Source: Octopus bimaculoides (Eukaryota). From it: a stretch of DNA of 63,608 nucleotides. Numbering within the stretch: the first letter of the stretch is position 1; every line of letters starts with the position of its first letter. The DNA lies in NCBI RefSeq assembly GCF_001194135.2, contig NC_068993.1, positions 41,851,901-41,915,508 of the forward strand, read 5' to 3'. The translations under genes were made by a program, and so were the position numbers. The notes under the pieces are model-generated. The model was given only the letters and a program-made list of their open reading frames with translations, made no database searches and was not told the origin of the DNA. Below, piece by piece: positions 52,865-63,608 of the stretch.

Positions 52865-53230
52865 TTTGTGACGATGTTTCGTATACGAGTGCGTCTATGT
52901 AAACGTTGCGATCGAAGATAGAAAAAAGTGATAATGGCTGTATATGTATATTTCAGGAATTGTTGCTCCTTCTTCAGTACCAAGTCTTACCTATTAATCA
53001 TCCACGAACACATCGCTTAGATAACCACGAAATATAGCGGTATAATATAACTGGATGTAGCAATATATCATTGGTAGTTATTAAGGCAATGTTTTCCTGG
53101 ATGGTTAATTTGTTGGATGTCGTGCTGAGGAGCAATAGCTCATGAAATACGCACATCCGCCCATTAATTTTTTCTACCTTCGGTCGCATCATTTACACAG
53201 ACGCATTCGTATACGAAATGTGGTAACAAA
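52865..53230. mobile_element. Putative MITE with 63-bp inverted repeats
   Basis: 52865-52927 versus the reverse complement of 53168-53230: 53/63 identical with no gaps. No TSD resolved. Confidence 0.6.
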
Positions 53231-54439
53231 ATGCTGTCTCTAATTTTCATAGAATAGACTTAAAGATAACTTTTAAAAATGAATTTATAATGTACATACA
53301 TGAGTAGAACGCTATTAACTGTAATATTTTGTCCCAGAGAAACGTCTCTTAAGAGACTTTGTGTGGTTTGAACACACATCTCCATCAGAATGACCTTGTT
53401 AGATCATCAAACACCGGTGTTGGCATGATTCTGGCCACCGCAGTGTTGAACGCATCGATACATTGCTGTATATCACTATGGTAGGAAGTAATCTTCAAAG
53501 AACCGTAACACGAATGCAAACGTTAATGCCTATTTTACCGCAAGTATTGAAAAGGTCTCCTCAAAGATATCACACCTAAAATACGACACAACCTTCCTTC
53601 CAACCTAATGTATATATACACACATATTAGTTTTATATCCAAATAGATATGAAAGTGGAATTTTATAAAAGAAACATTGTGTTAGCTCTGAAATAGTGGC
53701 AAAAGGCCTTTAGAAAGTGTCCCAGCTATATTGTCCTAAATATTAGAAATGCGTTGGAGATTTCTGATGTGAGAGAAAATTTCTTGAATATTTAATAACG
53801 TCTGTTTGACCTCCATCACATAAACTATTGATACCGTGGATCGAATCAAAATGAAAAATATAAATAGTTACTCTGTATCACGCATCTGATATTATGATTC
53901 TCTGATCTGTAATCAAATGATATAAGAAAATGAAATTTCTCTAATATATTGCGAATATTAGTTTGACGATATTCAAAGTAATGTTTCTTTTGAAATGTTT
54001 CTACCTGATTATTTGGTTTAAAGATTCTTCGAAAGTCTTTAACCTAAGAAAAATATTTCAAAGGAAAATATTTGATTAGAGAAAAGGTGAGAAGTAAAAA
54101 CTCCGTCTGTTACCCTCTATCCAATCCCATATACATATTAATACTTTGAAAAAGTAGAAGATGGTTACAATAGAAGTTACAACGTTAATATGTTGGTAAT
54201 CAAAGTAATTATAACATGACTAGTAAAGAATTTCTAATGTTAATGAAGTAGGTAAACAATGTACAGACACAAGCATTATTATCAACATGTACTCTTTAGT
54301 TTAGTCGTTGTAAAAGACATGAATTCCTACAACTATCGAATAATCAAGAACACTGGCAATATTGTATCGTATGAAAGGAAGCTGAAACATCCGAATAGCG
54401 ATGAAAAGAGGGAGTTAAAATCAAGAGAAGGAAGAAAAA

Positions 54440-55060
54440 TATAATTGAGGACACCAAACGTCAAATTATTAAATGGTTGTCAACTGAGAATGAAAAGCGT
54501 TGATTAATGCTTGTTCGCGTGGAAGATTGTAAAGATGAGGTGTTTTTCTCTGAGGTTGCTGGTGAAGAGGAAGGAGAAACAGTATAAGTGTTGCCAAATG
54601 TTAAATTCATTAAATGGATGTCAGTTTAGAAAAATAAGATGTGTGATGTATCCCTATTGGAAAGGAAGATTCTAGTATAAAGATATAGTACTTTTCTTTG
54701 TGAATATGCTACAGGTTTGAAGCGCGTTTAGATGCTGTTGCCAATGTTGCGAACATCTAAAACGTGCTTCTGGAAGCAATCGTGCAGACGACGGCAGGTT
54801 TCACTTATGGAAAGAGATTTGTAGGGTATAAATTTTAACGGACTAGAAGCATTTCAATGTAAAAGCAAGTGCAGTTATGTGAAGAACGGCGATGATATCT
54901 GCCAGTATATGGGGACGTTACGATTGTGTAGAATAGAAGCACCGACATGATAATGCTTCCATAGTCGATTAATCGGATAGAAATAGCAACAGGATTCTTC
55001 GCACATCATATTTGAACATTAACAAATATGGAAGACAGAGAGAAATAGAGAGGACAGATT
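54440..55060 (-). mobile_element. Possible very old CR1/L2-like LINE relic
   Basis: Purine-skewed non-repetitive block; only vague resemblance to the post-YADD region. Confidence 0.2.
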
Positions 55061-56025
55061 GGATAATATATTCCTATACGTGATAGTTATGTCTAGAACA
55101 ATGGCCGATCGATGGTTGAAAAAAGTGAATGCTTTCCTGGATAACGATTACACTAACTACATACATTCCATAGGGCTACATAACCAGGGCTGATCGGGCT
55201 TTAAACAACATAAACAAAAAAACCTAACAGCAACAACAACAATTACTTTTATCAATTTGCGATATCCAACATAGTTCAAATGCAGATCTGTGTGAATATT
55301 AGCTCAGATGCTGTTGAAGTATGTCCGTGAATTGCCAATCAGAGGAATAGCATTCCTCCCGATACACATAGCACTCCTGTAATTTACTAATCGTTATGTT
55401 ACACTGGCACAATACTCTCTCCTTACATCTGTACTACATCCGCCTGAACTAATTAGTCACAGATCACCTTTATTGGGTCTATATGACTTCTTCCAGTCAT
55501 AATTTATTGTGTGTCATTTCCCAAATTTACTGCTTTTCACATCATGCAATTTAAACTGCTTCTCCAGCCTCCACTCAAGGATCACAAACTCTAAAATGTC
55601 TCTCCCTGCCAATAGTTTCTGATGGTGTCAGTCTGTAGATACACGTTAAACTTATACATCCTGGAGTACAGGCAAGCATGATGATTACTCCTCTTTCTCC
55701 TTCCCTTCCTCCTCCTCTCCCACTTCCATCTACATCTCTTCTTTCTTCTTTGGCGCATTTATTTTTATGCAAAAGACGATGCCCATCTCACTACCTCGGG
55801 AAACTATGTATTATTATTTAACTACTTTATAACTCAATGAACTTCGAAACTGAGAGTTGAATATATTCCACAGAGACCACAGTGAAATTTTGGTAACGAG
55901 TTTCAAAATTGAGACATTTTGGCCAAAAGACTAATGAGTTATCCAGTTTGTCCACACGTGATTCTTTGTACCAACCTAATGAATTGTCTGACAACTTGAT
56001 TTCCATTTTATTGAAATGTTGCACA

Positions 56026-56067
<42 letters not shown>

Positions 56068-56706
56068 NNNNNNNNNNNNNNNNNNNNNNNNNNNNNNNNN
56101 NNNNNNNNNNNNNNNNNNNNNNNNNNNNNNNNNNNNNNNNNNNNNNNNNNNNNNNNNNNNNNNNNNNNNNNNNNNNNNNNNNNNTATATATATGATTCAT
56201 AGATAGATAGATAGATAGATAGGTAGATAGATAGATATAATCTATTGACGTCATAAGAATGTTGTAAATATTCGAGAAACCGTGAAATAATACTTCATTG
56301 GAATATCTCAAAGCATACATATTTATGCGTATTGGAATGTATGAGAGTTGAATGTACATTCGTTATTTCCATATGATGTTCATATAATTACAGCCGGTTC
56401 GTAACCTTTTCCATGTAGCATTATTAATCTTAACATTCCAATATGTACGCACATGTAGCATCGATATGCATATTTGATATATAATACAACTGTATATTCA
56501 CATAGAGATGTAAAATAGAGAAATCTAACCCATCCAATCCTATATATCGGATCTTCATGTAAGCGTTCATGATTTACCTCTCAGGGTGTTGAATCTTCAA
56601 TGTACACGTGAATATAAAGATGTATGGTATTGTATATTGTTAAACATGCATGCTGATCGTAAAAATAAGTTTGTAATTAGCATTTTAATTTTTCTACTTG
56701 TGTATA

Positions 56707-57365
56707 TTAGGTTGTCCGGAAAGTTGTGAGCGATTTTAATCTTAATATTTTAACGCTTCATTGAACACACTTGAAACGTAACAGTTAAAACTTTGGCGTT
56801 GCATGAAGTAGTAGTGCATCTCTTCTTTGTTTCTGACTAAAAATAGATATATCTTTCATTCTGGTTACTTTTTATCGACGTTTGAAATGGATAACCAAAA
56901 ATTTTTATTCGCGTTGTAATGCTGTTCCTTTTTTTTTAAAAAAAAGAGTAAATGTTGCGAGGACTTGCAAAGACCTTTGTGAAGTTTATATAGTGATGGT
57001 GCTGTAGGGGAATGAACTGTTCGAAGGCTATTAGTTCTGATGTATACTGTCATTAATTTGATGTGTACCGTCATTAATTTGAACCAAAACGTTTAAGAAT
57101 TGAGGCGGAGATTACCAACAGGAAAAAGGTAGTGTTCCAACAAGACAATACCCGACCACATGCGTCTTTGACTACCTGACTAAAGTTACATGAATTTGGC
57201 TGGGATCTCTTACCCCATCCGCCATATTCTCCTGATATTGCGCCATCTGACTACCACTTGTTTTTGTCTCTACAGAATTCATTGCAAGGAAAAACATTTA
57301 CCGGTTTAGATGGAGTCAAAACGCATCTAGATAACTTATTTTCTTCAAAACCAGTCAAATTTTTC
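56707..57365 (+). mobile_element. Internally deleted mariner (DD34D) with left TIR
   Basis: TA + ttaggttgtccggaaagtt TIR; HTH remnant CKDLCEVYSDGAVGE*TVRR; then NRKKVVFQQDNTRPH...HPPYSPDIAPSDYHLFLSLQNSL (34 residues D to D). No right TIR seen. Confidence 0.9.
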
Positions 57366-58249
57366 GACCCATCTTGCATTGATCGATCGCAGCTGAAATA
57401 GCATACAACAGGTTATGGTGCATCATTTATATACACATATACATATATATACACATATACATATGTATGTATATATACATACATATATACACACACACAC
57501 ATATATATACATATATATGTATAAATCAAAGTTTGTCTTCCAAACTAGAACCTGTTTTTCAGAAGATTCTTAAAATGTTCTATATACATTCCAATAAGGA
57601 AATTATTACTTTTGATGGTGCCACTCTAAAAAGACTTGCTCGGTGGCTTTTCCCCCAAAACTTGTTGAGTATAGATTTTACTTGGGAGAAAAGCCACCGA
57701 GCAAGCCATCTTTGAATGGCACTATCAAAAAATAATAATTTCCTTACTGGAATACATACATACATGCATGCATGCATACATGCATACATACATACACACA
57801 CATACATACATACACACATACACATACACAAACACAAACACACACAAACACAAACAGTCGCACACGCACACACACACACACACACATATAGAATATTTTC
57901 TCTTTGTACCATGCAGTTTTATCTACCGCCTTTGTGATTCATCCAGTGGAGTGCCTTCCCGCTGTTTTCTCATAATCGTTAAATTCTGTATATTGACTTC
58001 AACACTCTATTTCAGGATCCTTCATCATGATTTTGATAATAGAATTATAATTCCAGATCAAACTCATATCTGAATCATCTGTTAAAGAAAAGTATCGATA
58101 AAAGTAAATGTGTGGTGGGGGTGATGTTGAAATTGCTGCCTCTAATATTATTGGTGGTTTACATAATCGATGTGGGTGTTCTTATAGTTAACACATTGAT
58201 ATACAGTAGGGGATCTACGACGATAGCTGCTGTTGAACTTACTGCTAGC

Positions 58250-58313
<64 letters not shown>

Positions 58314-59081
58314 TCGATGATGATGATGGTGATGATGATAATGATAATGATTATGACGACGATGACGATGATGATAAAGATGACGACAACCTTGACGATG
58401 ATGATAATGATAATGATGATGAGGAGGAGGAGGAGGAGGAGGAAGAGGAGGAGGAAGTCGATGATGATAATGATAATTACAATAATGATAATGGCGACGA
58501 CTACGACGATGAAAACGGTGATGACGATGAGTAGGAGGAGGAGGAGAGGAGGAGGAGGGGAAGGGAGGGCAGGGGAGGAAGGGGAGGAAGAAGGGGAGGA
58601 AGAAGGGGGAAGAAGGGGAGGAAGACAATGATGATGATGATGATGATGATGATGATGCTGATGATGGTTGTGGTGGTGCTGCTGGTGTTGTTGGTGGTGG
58701 TGGCGATGACGATGATGATGACGATGACGACGATGATGTTGACAGTCATGATGAAGACGATTACGAGGATGAAGACAACGATGATGATGATGATGCTACT
58801 GCTGCTGCTGTCGCCGACTCCACAGCTGCTGCTGCTGCTGTTGATGGTGATGTTGACAAGGACCGACAATACTGAAAACAGAGAGAAGAGATAATGACGA
58901 CAGCGATGATGATGATGATGGCAACAACAATGACGTCGTCTGTGGGGACTGCGATTCTAATGATGATGATGATGATGATAATGAAATGATGAAGGTGGTA
59001 GTGGTGGGGGTGTTGGGCCGGAGATGGTGTTGATGACAAAGCGATTGTGAATTTGACAACGTGATCATAACGATAACGACA

Positions 59082-59126
<45 letters not shown>
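58250..59126. repeat. Large compound trinucleotide field (GAT/GAC/GAG/GGA/GCT)
   Basis: Direct reading. Confidence 0.95.
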
Positions 59127-60379
59127 CGATCCCCATTGCCTTCTTTCTTATTGTCTCCTAATTTTATAAAGAAATTAGAAAATGTCGTTGAATTCCGCTT
59201 CGAGAACAAATTTATGAAATGTTGATTCTGAATTCTGAAACGACAAAAACCACCACCACCGTCACCACCACTATCACCATCATTACATGAACATCAACAA
59301 TAACAACAATAATAATAAATGAATTGTTTTGAAAATTCTTTGTACGGTTTTCAGATTTTTATTTTTATGAAATTAACTTTTATTTAAATAAAAAAATAAT
59401 AATAATAAAAAAATGTTAAAATATTATTTTTATTTGTTTTCATTTCATCATTAACGTTTCTTCTATGTTTTAGCTAATTTGTCAATTTTGTTTTGTTGAA
59501 GAGAACAACAACATAAATGAATGTATCATTGCTATTGTTTTTAGTTGTAGTTCTTTTCCTTTTTTTCTTTTATTGGGTTGTATTTACAATTTAATGAATT
59601 CAAACATTCTATCGATTTGCAAGAATCATCTCATTAACACGTTTGGCACAATGCTAGTCTTGTGTGAATTGCGTGTATATTCTAGGCATCGTATAGTACG
59701 CATATGAGAGCCATTGCGATCGTACTGTTTGTCTAGATGCTGTCCCAACCTTTTATATTGATTTCTATTGTCTTACGAAATATAGAAACTATTCTGTCTG
59801 ACAATACTTCTGTCTCGACGACTTATTTCAATGGTGAACTTGAATGTGACTTTGACAATCTGTTAGACAATTCTGTTACGTGAATATCGGAAAATTTGTA
59901 TCTGAAAGATGGCTGTGAAAAGTAAAATCCGTTTCATATTACAACCAAATATCATCAATATCGTAATTTTAGTGTTGTATTATGATTTACATATTCTTAG
60001 ACATATACCTTTATGTGAAAACGTTTGTAAGGAAATCTTAAATGTTACGAATATTTACAAAGGAAAATACATCGAATGCTAAGATGCCATGTCGAGGAAC
60101 TCGTGATCAACAGTGACAGGAAACTAACACACCAAACAGACTCAGGTAAACACAGTATGTATGAATGTGTTATGTCTCAACGCTACTGCTATCTAGCACC
60201 TTCGAATGATCTCTACTCAACCGCTACACAACGGCTACTCGACTGCTACTCAATACTCCTACCACGGCGAAACTACCTCTATTTTATATGTCTTGGGAGA
60301 TCCTACTTCTTCGCCTGGGGGCGTCGACACAACAGTATGTATGTATGCATGTATGTATGTATGTATGTATATATGTATG

Positions 60380-60644
60380 TCAGGCTGAGTAAAAAGTAAG
60401 CAACGTTTTGAAACATGAATTTCGTCACAGTATATTTCAACAATGCGGAAATTTTATTCATCAAAGTAAGTACCATTACAATCAACACAGTCTTACCGGT
60501 GAGTTTCAAGTTTGTTTTTTCCGGTAGCATAAAAATCTGGAGTTCTAGAGCTGAGGAACTCTTTGAACGCACTTTCAGCGTCGGTTTGATTTTTGAACTC
60601 CTTCTCTCGCAGGAAACCATCAAGGTGCTTGAAAAAGTGGTTTT
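60380..60644 (-). mobile_element. mariner transposase C-terminus plus TIR (cecropia/Hsmar1-like), truncated by an assembly gap
   Basis: HFFKHLDGFLREKEFKNQTDAESAFKEFLSSRTPDFYATGKNKL...CVDCNGTYFDE*. Terminal tcaggctgagtaaaaagtaagcaacgtttt. Confidence 0.9.
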
Positions 60645-61065
60645 NNNNNNNNNNNNNNNNNNNNNNNNNNNNNNNNNNNNNNNNNNNNNNNNNNNNNNNN
60701 NNNNNNNNNNNNNNNNNNNNNNNNNNNNNNNNNNNNNNNNNNNNNNNNNNNNNNNNNNNNNNNNNNNNNNNNNNNNNNNNNNNNNNNNNNNNNNNNNNNN
60801 NNNNNNNNNNNNNNNNNNNNNNNNNNNNNNNNNNNNNNNNNNNNNNNNNNNNNNNNNNNNNNNNNNNNNNNNNNNNNNNNNNNNNNNNNNNNNNNNNNNN
60901 NNNNNNNNNNNNNNNNNNNNNNNNNNNNNNNNNNNNNNNNNNNNNNNNNNNNNNNNNNNNNNNNNNNNNNNNNNNNNNNNNNNNNNNNNNNNNNNNNNNN
61001 NNNNNNNNNNNNNNNNNNNNNNNNNNNNNNNNNNNNNNNNNNNTATATATATACATATATATATA

Positions 61066-61212
61066 AGCGTGTGTGTGTGAGTGTGTGTTTGAGTGTTTTT
61101 GTTTGTCCCCCAACCATCGCTTGACAACCGATGTTGGTGTGTTTGCGTTCCCGTAAGCTAGGTTCGGCAAAAAGACCGATAGAATAAATATTAAGCTTAT
61201 AAAGAATAAGAG
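61066..61212 (+). mobile_element. SINE family B 3' half after TA/TG repeat and gap
   Basis: tgtttgtcccccaaccatcgcttgacaaccgatgttggtgtgtttgcgttcccgtaagctaggttcggcaaaaagaccgatagaataaatattaagctta. Confidence 0.85.
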
Positions 61213-61224
61213 GTGTTTTTTCTA

Positions 61225-61322
61225 TCACATTGACTCTGAAAGGTAAAGGCGGAATTTGAACGCCGAAGGTAAAGATGAAATCAATGCCGCTAAGCATTTT
61301 GTCCGACCTACTGACAATCTTG
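61225..61322 (-). mobile_element. SINE family A 5' fragment
   Basis: ggcggaatttgaacgccgaaggtaaagatgaaat...ccgctaagcattttgtccgac. Confidence 0.7.
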
Positions 61323-62440
61323 CTTGCTTGCCACTTTCATACCCAACATAGTAAACGCATATACCTTCCCACACTTCTTTCCAACATTCTCTTTCTGACA
61401 TCAAAACGAATCGTTTATCACTCCTGTCCCAGTACGAATGAAATAAATTATAAAGGAACTAAAGAGTCTTTCTCAGTAAAGTCTCGCTTATAATCGTATT
61501 TCCCTCACTGTCGAACGATTCCCGAACAAGTAATATTATAACAAATATGCTTCAACGACTTCCGTTCAAGAAAACGGAATCTTGTGGAAACTTTCGTGGA
61601 ATTTTCTTAGGCATTTGACTTTGTAAACAGAGCAATAATTCAAAATATCCTTAGTTTCTATGAAATGCCATTTTTTTTTCCCTGTCGATGCTTACAATCG
61701 TATTCCTGACTATTAACAAATTTAAGGCGTTTACAGGCGTACTTCAAAGGGACACATTTTCACGTTACCTCTTTATATTTGATATCGATTATGTAATGCG
61801 CATATATTTACATGAAGAAGATTGGAAACAGTTGTCATGAGAAGGATATCCAGTAGATCCCCTGTAGTAATTCCCAGTATTAAACCTTTGGTATTGGCAC
61901 TGCATTTTATGTGTTAACTCTTTAGCAGATCGTAAGCAGCGAACATATTTTGGAACGAGATATACAGAAGTGGCTCTAAAATTTTATGAATTAAAATTAA
62001 ATAATATATATACTGAAAACTTGATATCCCAATTATATATAGCGTCTTACGAGGTTAACTCAATATTGTTACATATTCGTATTAGCTTGGATTCGACGTC
62101 ACAGACAGTAGAAACGGTTTAGCTAAAGATACCAATTAGCATTAGTAGCAGTCATAAAATTTAACTTCATTTTGGAATGGTTCAGTCTGTAATGCAATTA
62201 AATACTACTTTCAAATCTTCAGTGGAAACAGTTCGTTCTGTTCTGCAGTAACGAAGTCTGAACAATACCATAAACACTAGCAGAAGAGACACTGGACAAT
62301 ACTCCACATCTCTTTCCTTCTTCTCTTCAATTTTCACTCGGAGTGTTCATTTTCTAGAGAAAAATAAAACGTGTGATTAATTACGGGAGTAAATAATTTC
62401 TCTGCTGATAGCATCCCTAATTCAAACGTTCGAACATTCA

Positions 62441-62765
62441 TACATACATACATACATACATACATACATACATGGATACATGCATACATACATACATACA
62501 TACATACAAACATACTTAAATACATACGTATATACATGCATACTTTTGCACATACATATTTACATAGATTCAAACATATTTAAATTCNNNNNNNNNNCTT
62601 CATGCATATATACGTAGACATATATCTACCTACCTACCTACCTACCTACCTACCTACTTATCTACATAATACATACATTCATACATACATGCATACATAC
62701 ATACATACATACATACATACATACATACATACATACATACATACATACATTCATACATATATACA
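62441..62765. repeat. (TACA)n and (CTAC)n tetranucleotide arrays
   Basis: Direct reading. Confidence 0.9.
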
Positions 62766-63018
62766 AGCAGTTGTCTAACAGATTCTACCATAATGTAAAG
62801 AATAAAAGCAAGCGGAAACATCTACGTCGAACTAATGAGGATCCTACCGATTCTAGACCCGGACTAGAAATTAAATTTTTTCCCGTGAATCTTGATGTAT
62901 TTGGTTTACGTAACTAACTGTCTCGGCACCATTCTTGAGAATCTGGAATTTACAAAACCGAAATGGACACTGCTAATTAGGAAATTTACAATTGTAAACC
63001 ATTAATGTCACTATAAAT

Positions 63019-63097
<79 letters not shown>

Positions 63098-63608
63098 CAT
63101 ATATATATACGTATGTATGTATATAGATTTATTTACATATATATATATGTACACATATATATATACATATATATATATATACATATGTATATATATATAT
63201 GTGCATAAACATACGTATGTATGTATGAATGCATGTATGTGTGTACGTATGTATGCATGCATGTATGTATGTACTAATGCATATACTGAGGTATTGCAGA
63301 AATTTAGTCGGTTATAAGTGTACAGAGAGGTGTAGACGAAAACATATCAATATGTGTGACATGCATACGAAGTGCGTGTGCACGCGCGTGTATTATATGT
63401 ATATATGTAATACTTTTGCAAGAAATGGGGTGACAGATACACATACACACACACACAGACACATACAAACACATGTCTATCTAAAGAACACTGGAAAATT
63501 ATGGCTAACACATCTTGAAATAGTGTAGCTACATAGTTGTACCTGGGGACTTGAAAAGAAAAATAGAGACCACAGAGGTAACATTCCCCTTTAAAAGCTC
63601 TGGCTTGG

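Noticed and set aside
53206-53217. TTCGTATA/TATACGAA resemblance to loxP half-sites
   Set aside because: No 8-bp spacer, no ATAAC extension and no recombinase nearby. Treated as a coincidental palindrome.
60210-60262. Four loose 11-bp gctactcaa-type units
   Set aside because: Too short and degenerate to assign any significance.

Overview
AT-rich (roughly 65-70% by eye), repeat-saturated eukaryotic non-coding DNA, either intronic or intergenic. The SINE families, the microsatellite load and the gap pattern resemble an Octopus/coleoid cephalopod draft assembly; this is an inference. There are 16 N-gaps, nearly all bordered by (TA)n or (CA)n. I can support no intact protein-coding gene, tRNA/rRNA gene or CRISPR array. 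Almost all ORFs in the supplied track are artefacts of N-runs or simple repeats. Supported content: about 14 copies of one SINE family (A); a bipartite SINE (B) with a built-in microsatellite; a third SINE (C); a Penelope-like RT relic split by a SINE with a 12-bp TSD; two R4/Dong-type RLE LINE relics; RTE relics; five Tc1/mariner relics (one with D36E spacing); a hAT/Charlie MITE; and several unexplained inverted-repeat or hairpin structures (915-1420, 20348-20442, 38884-39001, 52865-53230). I did not find a convincing new biological system. The best leads are the hairpins, an inverted transposase pair sharing a breakpoint, two candidate exons or decayed coding segments, and a signal-peptide plus poly-Asp ORF. 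All of these are tentative, and most repeat boundaries are approximate.
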